Assembly (NCBI GenBank): GCA_963787255.1
Contig: CAWBCJ010000018.1
Span: 32,001-96,000 of the forward strand
DNA length: 64,000 nucleotides
Direction of reading: 5' to 3'
Source of the DNA: Methanobacteriota archaeon
GTDB lineage: Archaea; Methanobacteriota; Methanobacteria; Methanobacteriales; Methanobacteriaceae
The notes beneath the pieces were generated by a model. The model was not told the DNA's origin. It saw only the letters and a program-made list of their open reading frames with translations, and ran no database searches. Position 1 is the first letter of the stretch; every line of letters starts with the position of its first letter. Below, piece by piece: positions 30,800-39,383 of the stretch. The position numbers and the translations under genes are program-made.

Positions 30800-31189
30800 T
30801 TATTTTTGTTTTTGAACTAAATTATTTATGGTTTCTTCTAATTCTATCATAATTTCTTCTAATTCATGTTTTTGATCCTGTACGACACACAGAGTATCTA
30901 AAAGCACATCCCTAAGCTCATTAGTGACGACAACACTCCACATCTCATCAAGATAGTTATATAGGGTAATTAAATCATCTGGGGACTCTTTATTAGATTC
31001 TATATCGTTTTTAACAAGCTTTACAAATGTAATAAGTTCAGCATCTAAATGAAACAGGTTTTCTACTAAAAAAGCTATTCGAGCTACAATTTCCTCCTGC
31101 AATTCCTTTTTCAATAACCCTTCAATAGGTATTTCCAATTTACCTAATGGTGATTCAATTTTTTTGCTATTTTCTTCCATCATATTCAT
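30800..31189 (-). CDS. Hypothetical acidic helical protein
   Basis: 129-aa ORF directly downstream of element copy 7; co-oriented with the PRC gene. Confidence 0.65.
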   Translation of the reverse strand: MNMMEENSKKIESPLGKLEIPIEGLLKKELQEEIVARIAFLVENLFHLDAELITFVKLVKNDIESNKESPDDLITLYNYLDEMWSVVVTNELRDVLLDTLCVVQDQKHELEEIMIELEETINNLVQKQK

Positions 31190-31235
31190 TTCCTAATTTT
31201 AATTAAACTATGATGAATTGTATATACTCTTAATT

Positions 31236-31269
31236 AATAAATAATTATCTATTTTAAATGTACGATTAA
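31236..31269 (-). promoter_or_regulatory. Palindrome-TATA element copy 7 (reverse orientation)
   Basis: Reverse complement reads TTAATCGTACATTTAA-AATAGATAATTA-TTTATT. Confidence 0.8.
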
Positions 31270-31361
31270 ATAAGAGGTTAATACAAGTTAAAATCTTCCT
31301 GTAATGATGGAAAGTGTTATAAACCTATGGTAGCAAATAATGACTAACAATTTGGAATTAA

Positions 31362-32740
31362 TTGGAAGAACTCCTAAAATTTGATGATATGACAAATAAA
31401 ACAAAAAATAAAGTTTCTAATCTTGAATTAGGTTTAAATAAAGATGCTGAAAAAATAAAAAGGTTAGAAACTACCCTAAAAGAGATTAAAAATAAATTTG
31501 ATGAAGCACAGTCAATTGCACAGTTTGGTTTTTGGGAAATAGATCCAGTAACTTTAAAATCCAACTTGGACTGAAGGAATTTATAAAATTGCTGGTTTAG
31601 AACCTAAAAATGGACAGCTCAAATATTATGATCTAAAAGAAATTATACACCCTGAAGATTGGGATCTTTTTTATAATGCCAAACAAACTGTAATTACAAC
31701 AGGAAAAGATGTTGAAATTGATATAAGAATGATAAGACCAGATAGTTCTATACGTTATGTTCATGTTATTGCAAAACCAAAAAATGATGAAAATGGAAAA
31801 GTTGTAGGTGTAAGGGGTACAGCTCAAGATATCACTGATTTAAAAAGAATTGAAAATCGTTTAAAAGAGTCAGAGACATTTTACAAGACTCTTTTTGAAA
31901 ATACAGGGACTGCAAGCATTATCGTTGATGAAGATACAACCATATTAATGGCTAATACACAGTTTGAAAACTTTTCAGGTTATTCTAAAGAAGAAGTAGA
32001 AGGTAAAATGAGCTGGAAAGAGATGGTCTTAAAAGAAGATCTGGAAATGATGGAAAAGTATCATTATATGCGTAGAAATGATATGGAAACTCCACCTGAA
32101 AATTATGAAGCTCAATTAATAGATAAAGAAGGCAATATCAGGATTGTTTTAATTAATGTGGCTATGATTCCTGGAACAAAAAGGAGCATAGCTTCTCTTC
32201 TTGATTTAACAGAACGTAAAGAGATTGAAAAAGAATTGGCAGACAGTGAAAGAAGATATAGGTATATAGTTGAAAAAGCTACTGCAGGAATGTTTATTTT
32301 AGATAAAAATGGTATAATCAAATATTTAAATGAGCATATGGCTCAAATGCTGGATTATACAAAAAATGAAATGTTAGAAAGACATATAAAAAGTTTTGTC
32401 GATGAAGAAGAAGACTTTTTGTAGGTCTAGAAAACCATTTGAAATCCAAACAGAACGATATAATTGGTTTAAATTTTTAGATAAGGAAGGAAATGTATTT
32501 TGGTCAAATTTAACAGTTTCACCAATTTTCAATTCTAAAAAGGAATATACTGGATTGCTTGGAATTGTATCTGATGTTAATATGCAGAAAGGATTAGAAG
32601 AAGCATTTTTAGAAAGAGAAGAAATATTCACAGATATTATTTATGATATGATGGAAATGCTCAATAATATTGCAAATGACAAAAATAAATCTGAATTCAA
32701 TGAAAAAGTATCTACTCATAAAAATTTGGATAATAATTAA
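31362..32740 (+). CDS. Multi-PAS sensor protein with no kinase or output domain (frameshifts near 31565 and 32420; start uncertain)
   Basis: AQSIAQFGFWE / WTEGIYKI...IHPED...RMIRPDSSIRYV...GTAQDIT; second PAS ending LLDLTERK; third ending GIVSDVN; no H-box or HATPase before the stop. Confidence 0.8.
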
Positions 32741-32803
32741 TTTTATATACCTTTTAAATATATTTATAGTACATAAATGTTAGATTATTAAAAGGTTATT
32801 ATT

Positions 32804-33940
32804 ATGGAAGAAGCAAATTTAGAAATTATGAATGATCCTTATTTTAAAAATTTTATAAAAAGTAGAAGGCTCTCTGAATCAACTGAAAGAGTATATACTG
32901 GAAGGTTAAGATCTTTTTTTGATTTTGTAGGTAAAAATCCGTCTGAATTAATTAAAGAAGCTCAAAAAGAAAGCAGACGAAAAATAGATGAATATTTCCA
33001 TGATTACATAGAAAATCTGAAAAAAAGTGGAAAATCATCGAATACCATCATTAATCGAGTAGATACTGTTAAAGCATTTTATAATGAGTATGATATTGAT
33101 ACAGAAAGTATAAATCGTATAATATCTCCTGAAACGGATAATTTAACTCCTAACAAGATTATATCTCAAGATCAGATTAAGGAAGCTCTTGAATTAAGTA
33201 GCTTAAGGGATAAAGCTATTATTTTGCTTCACATGTCTTCAGGTATGGAAGCCACCGAATTAAGATATCTAACTTATGGGGATTTTATTAATTCTATTGA
33301 AGAATACATAGATTTAAAGCCTGAAGAAAGATTTAATGTGAATAAAATAGCAGATAAGCTTTTTAAAATGGATGAAGTTGTTGGAACCTGGAAAATAGAA
33401 AAAAATAGGACTGGAAAACCTTATGTCACTTTTAACAGTCCGGAATCAACTAAGGCTATCTTAAGCTATTTAATAGATAGAGAAAGGAAAAATAAACCTA
33501 TTAAATCACTAAAAGATCCACTTTTTGTTAATTCCCAAAATCAAGCCTTAAATGTTTCTGCTCATGGTTCTATTTTTAAACGTGTGAATAATAGGGCTAA
33601 TTTTGGTTATTTAACTAAAAAAAGAAGATTTTTTTCTTCAACAATGCTTCGAAAGTATTTTAAAACTAAATTATATGAATCTGGAGTAGATGAAAAGATA
33701 GTAAACGCTATTTTAGGTCAAAAATTGGATATGAATATAGATTATCATTCAGATGCTGAAATAGCTGTTCTTAAAGATAAATATCTTGACGCATTAGGAA
33801 ATTTATCCTTAGAAAAAGCTAATAAAGAAACAGTGTCCAGTGAAGAGTATAAAAAGCTTATTAAAAAGCTTAATGAGAAAGATAAAGAATTAGAAGAAAT
33901 TAAAAAACATTTAAACCATATAAAACAAATCATTGAGTAA
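32804..33940 (+). CDS. Tyrosine recombinase/integrase-fold protein with degenerate active site
   Basis: SAM-like N-terminus (LSESTERVY; KSSNTIINR); LRDKAIILLHMSSGMEATELRYL box I; STMLRKYF; ILGQKLDMNIDY box II; C-terminal coiled coil. Confidence 0.85.
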   Translation: MEEANLEIMNDPYFKNFIKSRRLSESTERVYTGRLRSFFDFVGKNPSELIKEAQKESRRKIDEYFHDYIENLKKSGKSSNTIINRVDTVKAFYNEYDIDTESINRIISPETDNLTPNKIISQDQIKEALELSSLRDKAIILLHMSSGMEATELRYLTYGDFINSIEEYIDLKPEERFNVNKIADKLFKMDEVVGTWKIEKNRTGKPYVTFNSPESTKAILSYLIDRERKNKPIKSLKDPLFVNSQNQALNVSAHGSIFKRVNNRANFGYLTKKRRFFSSTMLRKYFKTKLYESGVDEKIVNAILGQKLDMNIDYHSDAEIAVLKDKYLDALGNLSLEKANKETVSSEEYKKLIKKLNEKDKELEEIKKHLNHIKQIIE

Positions 33941-34193
33941 GAAATAATTAATTTCATTATTTTCAATGATTTAATATTCATTTTTATCCATATTAACGCA
34001 AAATATTATTCACTGTAGCTAAGACTTATAGGACGTATTAATTCTTGCTTCTTTAATTTAAAAATAGTTATTTAAAAGGTTTGTTTTTTTTAGTTAATTA
34101 GGTTATGATTTTTTTTTATTAATCTTTTTAAGGTAACCACAAAAAATTATATGTATTAATTCCTTCAACAAAGTTTAGTGGAGGGTTAAAAGA

Positions 34194-34916
34194 ATGGAAA
34201 ATGCCATTGAAATATCATCTTTAACCAAGGAATTTGGAGACTTTAAGGCTTTAAATGATTTAAACCTTAAGGTGAAAAAAGGGGAAATTTATGGGTTACT
34301 CGGACCGAATGGGGCTGGAAAAACCACTGTTATCAAGGTATTATGCGGTCTTTTAGAGCCTTCCTCTGGCGAAGCATGTGTACTTGGAAATAAGATTCCT
34401 GATAAAAATATTTCTTCTCGTATTGGTTATATGCCTCAAGAGACTGCACTTTATGTTGGTTTAACTGTGCATCAAAATATGGAGTTTTATGGTAATTTAT
34501 TTGGCATTAAAAAGGATAAGTTCATTGAAAAAGAAAAGGAACTTCTCCAATTTGTAGACCTTTACGACTGGAGAAATGAACTTGTTCAAAACTTAAGTGG
34601 TGGAATGAAGCACAGGGCATCACTTGCCTGCACATTAATACACGAGCCAGAACTTTTATTTTTAGATGAACCAACTGTAGGGGTTGATCCTGAGCTTAGA
34701 ATTTCATTTTGGGATTATTTCAATAAATTAAAGGGTGAAGGAAAAACTATTTTGATTACAACTCATTATATGGACGAAGCAAGAAGGTGCGATAGAGTTG
34801 GATTTATGAATTATGGAAAACTCATTGCGGAAGGCACGCCCCAGGAACTTCTTCATCAGGCAGGAACTGATTCACTTGAAGATGCATTTTTAAAATTTTC
34901 AAGAGAGGAGAAATAA
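34194..34916 (+). CDS. ABC-2 type transporter ATP-binding protein
   Basis: GPNGAGKTT, LSGGM, LFLDEPT, TTHYMDEA. Confidence 0.95.
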   Translation: MENAIEISSLTKEFGDFKALNDLNLKVKKGEIYGLLGPNGAGKTTVIKVLCGLLEPSSGEACVLGNKIPDKNISSRIGYMPQETALYVGLTVHQNMEFYGNLFGIKKDKFIEKEKELLQFVDLYDWRNELVQNLSGGMKHRASLACTLIHEPELLFLDEPTVGVDPELRISFWDYFNKLKGEGKTILITTHYMDEARRCDRVGFMNYGKLIAEGTPQELLHQAGTDSLEDAFLKFSREEK

Positions 34917-34919
34917 AAT

Positions 34920-36059
34920 ATGAAACTTTACAGGGTTCTTGCTGTTACACGCAGGGTTTTCAGCGACATAAGGAATGATAAACGCACTCTGGCACTTGTT
35001 TTTGTGGCCCCTATATTTGCAATGTTTGTATTTGGCCTTGCTTTCAGCGGAGATGTTGAAAATGTTCATGTAATCGTTGTAAACCATGATAAAGGATTTA
35101 CCGTTCCTGGAGGAAATTTTACATCTCTTTCAGATGAGATAATATCTAATCTGGATCAAAACACGTTGGATATTACGTATATGGATAGTAATGAACTCGC
35201 TGTTGATCAAGTTGAAAAAGGTAAAGCTTATGCAGTTATAATCTTTCCAGAAAAATTTACGGAGAATGTTTATACAAAAGTTAGAAATCCTAACTCTTCA
35301 GTAAACACCCAAATTACTATAAGAGCAGATGAAAGTGTTGTTAACATTAAAAATGCCATATATGGTGCAGTAACTGATGCACTTACCACAACATTGAATG
35401 AGGAGGGATTTAAATCTCCAATTACAATTAACTCATATGCAGTTTATGGAAGTAATGCACAGTTCATTGATTTCTTTGTCCCGGGAATAATGGCTTTTGT
35501 TGTTTACCTTTTAACCACACTACTTACACTTATCACATTTGTGGGAGAGCGAGTTAACGGTACTTTGGAACGTCTTCTAGCAACTCCTTTAACAGAAGGA
35601 GAAATTGTAGCAGGTTATGGAATAACATTCAGTATACTGGGCACAATACAGGCTGCATTACTTTTAATAATAGGCATTCTAGTTTTCAACATAATGGTTG
35701 TTGGAAATGTAATTTATGCATTCATTACAATTGCTCTTTTAGCCATTGTATGTCAATCATTGGGAATACTACTTTCTAGTCTTGCCAAAAGAATTGAACA
35801 GGCAATTCAGTTCCTGCCATTCGTTATTTTACCTGCATTCTTACTTTCGGGTATTTTTTGGCCAATAGAGGCTATTCCTGTATGGCTCAGGCCTTTATCT
35901 TACCTTGTTCCTCCAACATATGCTGTAGATGCTAATAGGGCTGTAATGCTTAAAGGTTGGGGACTGAATATGATATGGCCAGATATAGTAGCATTGATTC
36001 TTTTCGCTATTGTCTTTCTAGCACTGGCAGTCTGGTCATTAAAGCGTAAAGAGAGTTAA
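34920..36059 (+). CDS. ABC-2 type transporter permease
   Basis: FFVPGI, ERVNGTLERLLATP, LSGIFWPIE. Confidence 0.93.
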   Translation: MKLYRVLAVTRRVFSDIRNDKRTLALVFVAPIFAMFVFGLAFSGDVENVHVIVVNHDKGFTVPGGNFTSLSDEIISNLDQNTLDITYMDSNELAVDQVEKGKAYAVIIFPEKFTENVYTKVRNPNSSVNTQITIRADESVVNIKNAIYGAVTDALTTTLNEEGFKSPITINSYAVYGSNAQFIDFFVPGIMAFVVYLLTTLLTLITFVGERVNGTLERLLATPLTEGEIVAGYGITFSILGTIQAALLLIIGILVFNIMVVGNVIYAFITIALLAIVCQSLGILLSSLAKRIEQAIQFLPFVILPAFLLSGIFWPIEAIPVWLRPLSYLVPPTYAVDANRAVMLKGWGLNMIWPDIVALILFAIVFLALAVWSLKRKES

Positions 36060-36151
36060 AATTTAGTGAAGATATTTTTTTTGTCTATTTTTATGTTATT
36101 TAGTTGCTAATTAGAAAAGATTTAAATATTTTAAAAGAAGGATTAAATTAC

Positions 36152-36307
36152 ATGAAGACTGCAAAATTAATTGTATACTTATGCGCGGCTGTACTGGTAA
36201 TATTAGGTGTTTACAGCTTGCTTATCACTAAAGATATTTATTCAGGCATCATATGGACAGTTATAGGTATATTTTTCTTTATTTTAGGAACAATAAAGGT
36301 TAAATAA
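36152..36307 (+). CDS. Small two-helix membrane protein
   Basis: AAGGA RBS before ATG 36152; hydrophobic 51 aa. Confidence 0.55.
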   Translation: MKTAKLIVYLCAAVLVILGVYSLLITKDIYSGIIWTVIGIFFFILGTIKVK

Positions 36308-36312
36308 TATTT

Positions 36313-37218
36313 TTATTTAATAGCATAGGGATTATAAAAAAGCCTTCTAAATCCTAAATAAATTAAAAGTTTATTTTCTATAATTATTTCTCTTTTTTTA
36401 AGAAATATTCGGCGAATCAGGTCTCCAAGACCTCCTCCAGTAATTACATCCATTACAAAATCTCCAAAATAAGGATTAGGGATTTCAAGCTTCTCTTTCA
36501 TGAATTTTTTTAAGTTATTTCTTCTTATAAATGCTATTAACAGTGATGAAAGAACAAAAAGAAGCAGCACACCTAAAAAGCTTCCAATATTTGCACCAAT
36601 ACCCGAAATATTTCCTAATACTCCTCCAAAAAGTGCATATGATATTCCAAGCCCCACGGCGAATGAATGGTTCCCGACTTCACCCATCATTATTTTTCCC
36701 ATGTAATCTAATGGAGCATAGCCGATACATGCGGCTAAAACTATCATTGGAATGAAATAACCTCCATAACCCGCTAAAAACATTGAAGAAATTACAATAA
36801 TACACATTATAATAACTGTAGAACAAGCAGAGCCCGGCTGCATATCTGAAATGTTAAATGGTTGTATCATCAACGCGATTAGTATGGATGCAGGTCCAAA
36901 ATAAAAAAATCCTAATACAGCAACAATCAGCATTCCTATGCCTCTTGAAAGTTGTCCAATCTCAAAAGGCAAACCTTTAATTCTTTTCCTACCTAAAACA
37001 TCATCAATTAAAGCAAAAATACCAATTACAGCAATAAGATAACTGAAAGGTTGATTTATAAATAATATCAGTACTATAAACGGTGCAATACCCACAGCTC
37101 GTGGTGTTCCACCTCTTATGGTGGTATATAAACTGCTGCCGCTTTTTTGAATAATCCATTTAAACAGTAATGTCAAAATGGCAGATATTAGAAATGCAAG
37201 AATGATTTCTGTATACAT
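36313..37218 (-). CDS. MraY/WecA-like polyprenyl-phosphate transferase (cell-wall biosynthesis)
   Basis: GTPRAVG, ALIDD, NISDMQPG, KIMMGEVG motifs; multi-TM. Confidence 0.8.
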   Translation of the reverse strand: MYTEIILAFLISAILTLLFKWIIQKSGSSLYTTIRGGTPRAVGIAPFIVLILFINQPFSYLIAVIGIFALIDDVLGRKRIKGLPFEIGQLSRGIGMLIVAVLGFFYFGPASILIALMIQPFNISDMQPGSACSTVIIMCIIVISSMFLAGYGGYFIPMIVLAACIGYAPLDYMGKIMMGEVGNHSFAVGLGISYALFGGVLGNISGIGANIGSFLGVLLLFVLSSLLIAFIRRNNLKKFMKEKLEIPNPYFGDFVMDVITGGGLGDLIRRIFLKKREIIIENKLLIYLGFRRLFYNPYAIK

Positions 37219-37285
37219 TAATTCACCTATTATAAAATAGAAAAAGAAGGTATATTAAATTATGTTAAATTATTGAAATTCAAAT

Positions 37286-37972
37286 CTATAATTTATCTAA
37301 TACATTTATAAACTGACTAGCATCAGAGTACTTTTTATCGTATGAGTCCTTTTTATAAGTTTCATATACCATAGCACGAATTCCTGCATTTGAAATTGGT
37401 TTTGTAACGTATAATGGACTTGATCCCCCTGGAGAATATATTTTTAAAAATGGCATCTTCTGGGTAATATTTTTTAAATAATTAATTGTTTCATTATCCT
37501 TGGATATAGGATATATGAATCGGGGGTATTTATAACCGGTTTCCTTCCATAAATCTTCATGAATATCTACAACAAGTTTGGGTTTGGTTTTTATAACGTC
37601 AGGCACCACGATTTTATTAGCTATTAACTGACCGTTCATTCTACCTATAGTGAAATGCAAAGGGCTTTTTGTTATATGAATCTTGTAAAGGATGTATTTT
37701 TTAGATAAAAATCGTGATTTATCCTTTAATGCAGCTGCAGTAGCATTATGAAACTCAAATTCACGTGGATGAACGCCGGTAATTATTGCAATGGTTTCTT
37801 CAGAATTCTGATTTCCATAAACTTCTTTTTCAGCCCATCCGTAGCTTTTATTTCCTAGAATCTCTACTGAACTTTTATTTTCTAAAAAATTAGCATTCCA
37901 ACTTGCTTCAACAATTGAGAAAGCTAAAATGAGAAATAGAGTAAATAGAATAATTCCATTTATCTTTTTTAT
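37286..37972 (-). CDS. Exported zinc carboxypeptidase (M14-like) protein with apparent ATA start
   Basis: Frame of ORF 37286..37660 stays open to 37972; GGAGG-N7-ATA; signal-like N-terminus; ITGVHPRE and VVDIHE motifs. Confidence 0.65.
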   Translation of the reverse strand: MKKINGIILFTLFLILAFSIVEASWNANFLENKSSVEILGNKSYGWAEKEVYGNQNSEETIAIITGVHPREFEFHNATAAALKDKSRFLSKKYILYKIHITKSPLHFTIGRMNGQLIANKIVVPDVIKTKPKLVVDIHEDLWKETGYKYPRFIYPISKDNETINYLKNITQKMPFLKIYSPGGSSPLYVTKPISNAGIRAMVYETYKKDSYDKKYSDASQFINVLDKL

Positions 37973-38119
37973 TTATATTCCTCCAAAAAATATTAAAATA
38001 TCGTATCTATTCAGGATTTAATAAGTTTTGCTTTTTAAATTTTCAATATAAAAGAGTCAATAAATTGATTATATTTTAATAAACGCAAAAAAAATGATTC
38101 TGAAATTAACATTACATTT

Positions 38120-39343
38120 TTAAGGCCCAAAATGCCCTTCATCTGTTTGAACAATCACGGTTTCCAGACCAGTATTGTTTAAAATTTCTTTAATTTCAAT
38201 CATTTCCTTCACTGATGGTCTAATAAGACCTTTTCTTCTGAATTCTGGCCTATAATCAAGTACGCAAACTTGAACATCAGATTTGAGGTTAAAAATCATT
38301 TTTCCCATTTTTTCTATTTCTTCTATTGATATAAGCGCAGCATTGTAGGGTATTCCAATTCCCAAAAATACATCTTTAAAATAATTATCAATTATGTATT
38401 GAACCGCATCCCATGAAGTTTTAAGGTACTTTTCTGCAAGCTTTTCATCATTTAAACCGGTTACGTCCATGTAAGTTGAAACGTTTAAAGCTTTTAAATC
38501 TATTCCAATATCTGTCATTCCAGCTATTACCAATTCATCTATGTAATCTGGAGTTAATATTGTTCCATTAGTATCAACATGGATATTAACGCTATTATCT
38601 TGACTTTTAATGGATTTAATTATTTCAAGTAGCCATTTTCTATTCAATGTACTTTCGCCGCCGGAAATTGTTATTCTATCCACTTCGTAATTTTCTTTTA
38701 AACCTAAAAGTATCTGCGAAGCTTCATAAGGTTCAATTAAATGGCCCCCTGCTGTGAAAGCTGTCTTAAAATTCTGACACTGTGGACATCTAAGATTACA
38801 GCCATGGGTAAATCCAACGACTTCAACAGGGCCTTTAATACTCTTAACCCAGTAAGGCGTTCCTACTCCACCTACAGAATGAACTCCAAAACCACTTACT
38901 ACCCTTAAAACAGGAAATTTTTCTTCATTTAACTCTGTTTCTATTTCCATTCCATCTCTTAATGGGGTAACACATGCTGGAGATATTCTTCCATTTACCT
39001 TAACAATGCATGCCCAACATCCACCGCAGTCGCAGGGTACAAACAAACCATTTTCTTTTTGTTTAAAATTGGGGAATTTACTTATGTGTACACCGGCAGC
39101 ATTTACAGCATCTTTAACAGTTCCAGAAGCCAATATTTCTTTATCATTTACAAAAACTTTTATTCTTTCATCTAGAGATTCTGCTAAGACTAATGCTTCC
39201 TCTGGACAGGCTATTGTACATGCACCGCATCCAATGCACCGACGTGTTTCTATAGCTCCCTTTACATTTCCTGCAGGACAATCTACAATGTTTTTACATA
39301 TATCACATCCACTGCATTTTTCCATGATTAGTTTTGCAGTCAT
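38120..39343 (-). CDS. Radical SAM protein (PFL-activating-enzyme-like) with N-terminal ferredoxin and 2Fe-2S-like domains
   Basis: CxxCxxCxxxCP; CDCGGCWAC...PAC; GCNLRCPQCQN; ISGGE; DTNG. Confidence 0.85.
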   Translation of the reverse strand: MTAKLIMEKCSGCDICKNIVDCPAGNVKGAIETRRCIGCGACTIACPEEALVLAESLDERIKVFVNDKEILASGTVKDAVNAAGVHISKFPNFKQKENGLFVPCDCGGCWACIVKVNGRISPACVTPLRDGMEIETELNEEKFPVLRVVSGFGVHSVGGVGTPYWVKSIKGPVEVVGFTHGCNLRCPQCQNFKTAFTAGGHLIEPYEASQILLGLKENYEVDRITISGGESTLNRKWLLEIIKSIKSQDNSVNIHVDTNGTILTPDYIDELVIAGMTDIGIDLKALNVSTYMDVTGLNDEKLAEKYLKTSWDAVQYIIDNYFKDVFLGIGIPYNAALISIEEIEKMGKMIFNLKSDVQVCVLDYRPEFRRKGLIRPSVKEMIEIKEILNNTGLETVIVQTDEGHFGP

Positions 39344-39383
39344 ATTATTCCCCGATTTGAATTATTTATATAAATTAGTTTTA

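Noticed and set aside
30202-31213. Inverted similarity CATGGTCTTAATTAAAA / TTTTAATTAAACTATG flanking the 30256-31189 genes
   Set aside because: Mostly a self-palindromic AT core, and the distal arm lies beyond the likely T-tract terminator
17932-31269. Motif copies as TrpY TRP boxes because they contain TGTACA
   Set aside because: TRP boxes at the trp promoter are 4-bp-spaced hexamer pairs without TTAA arms or the N12-TATA geometry, and the downstream genes are unrelated to tryptophan; cross-binding is not excluded
17932-33940. Classical integron or CRISPR array
   Set aside because: No GTTRRRY/RYYYAAC attC hairpins seen; genes lie in both orientations; repeats are kilobases apart and tied to TATA boxes; no regular spacers or cas genes
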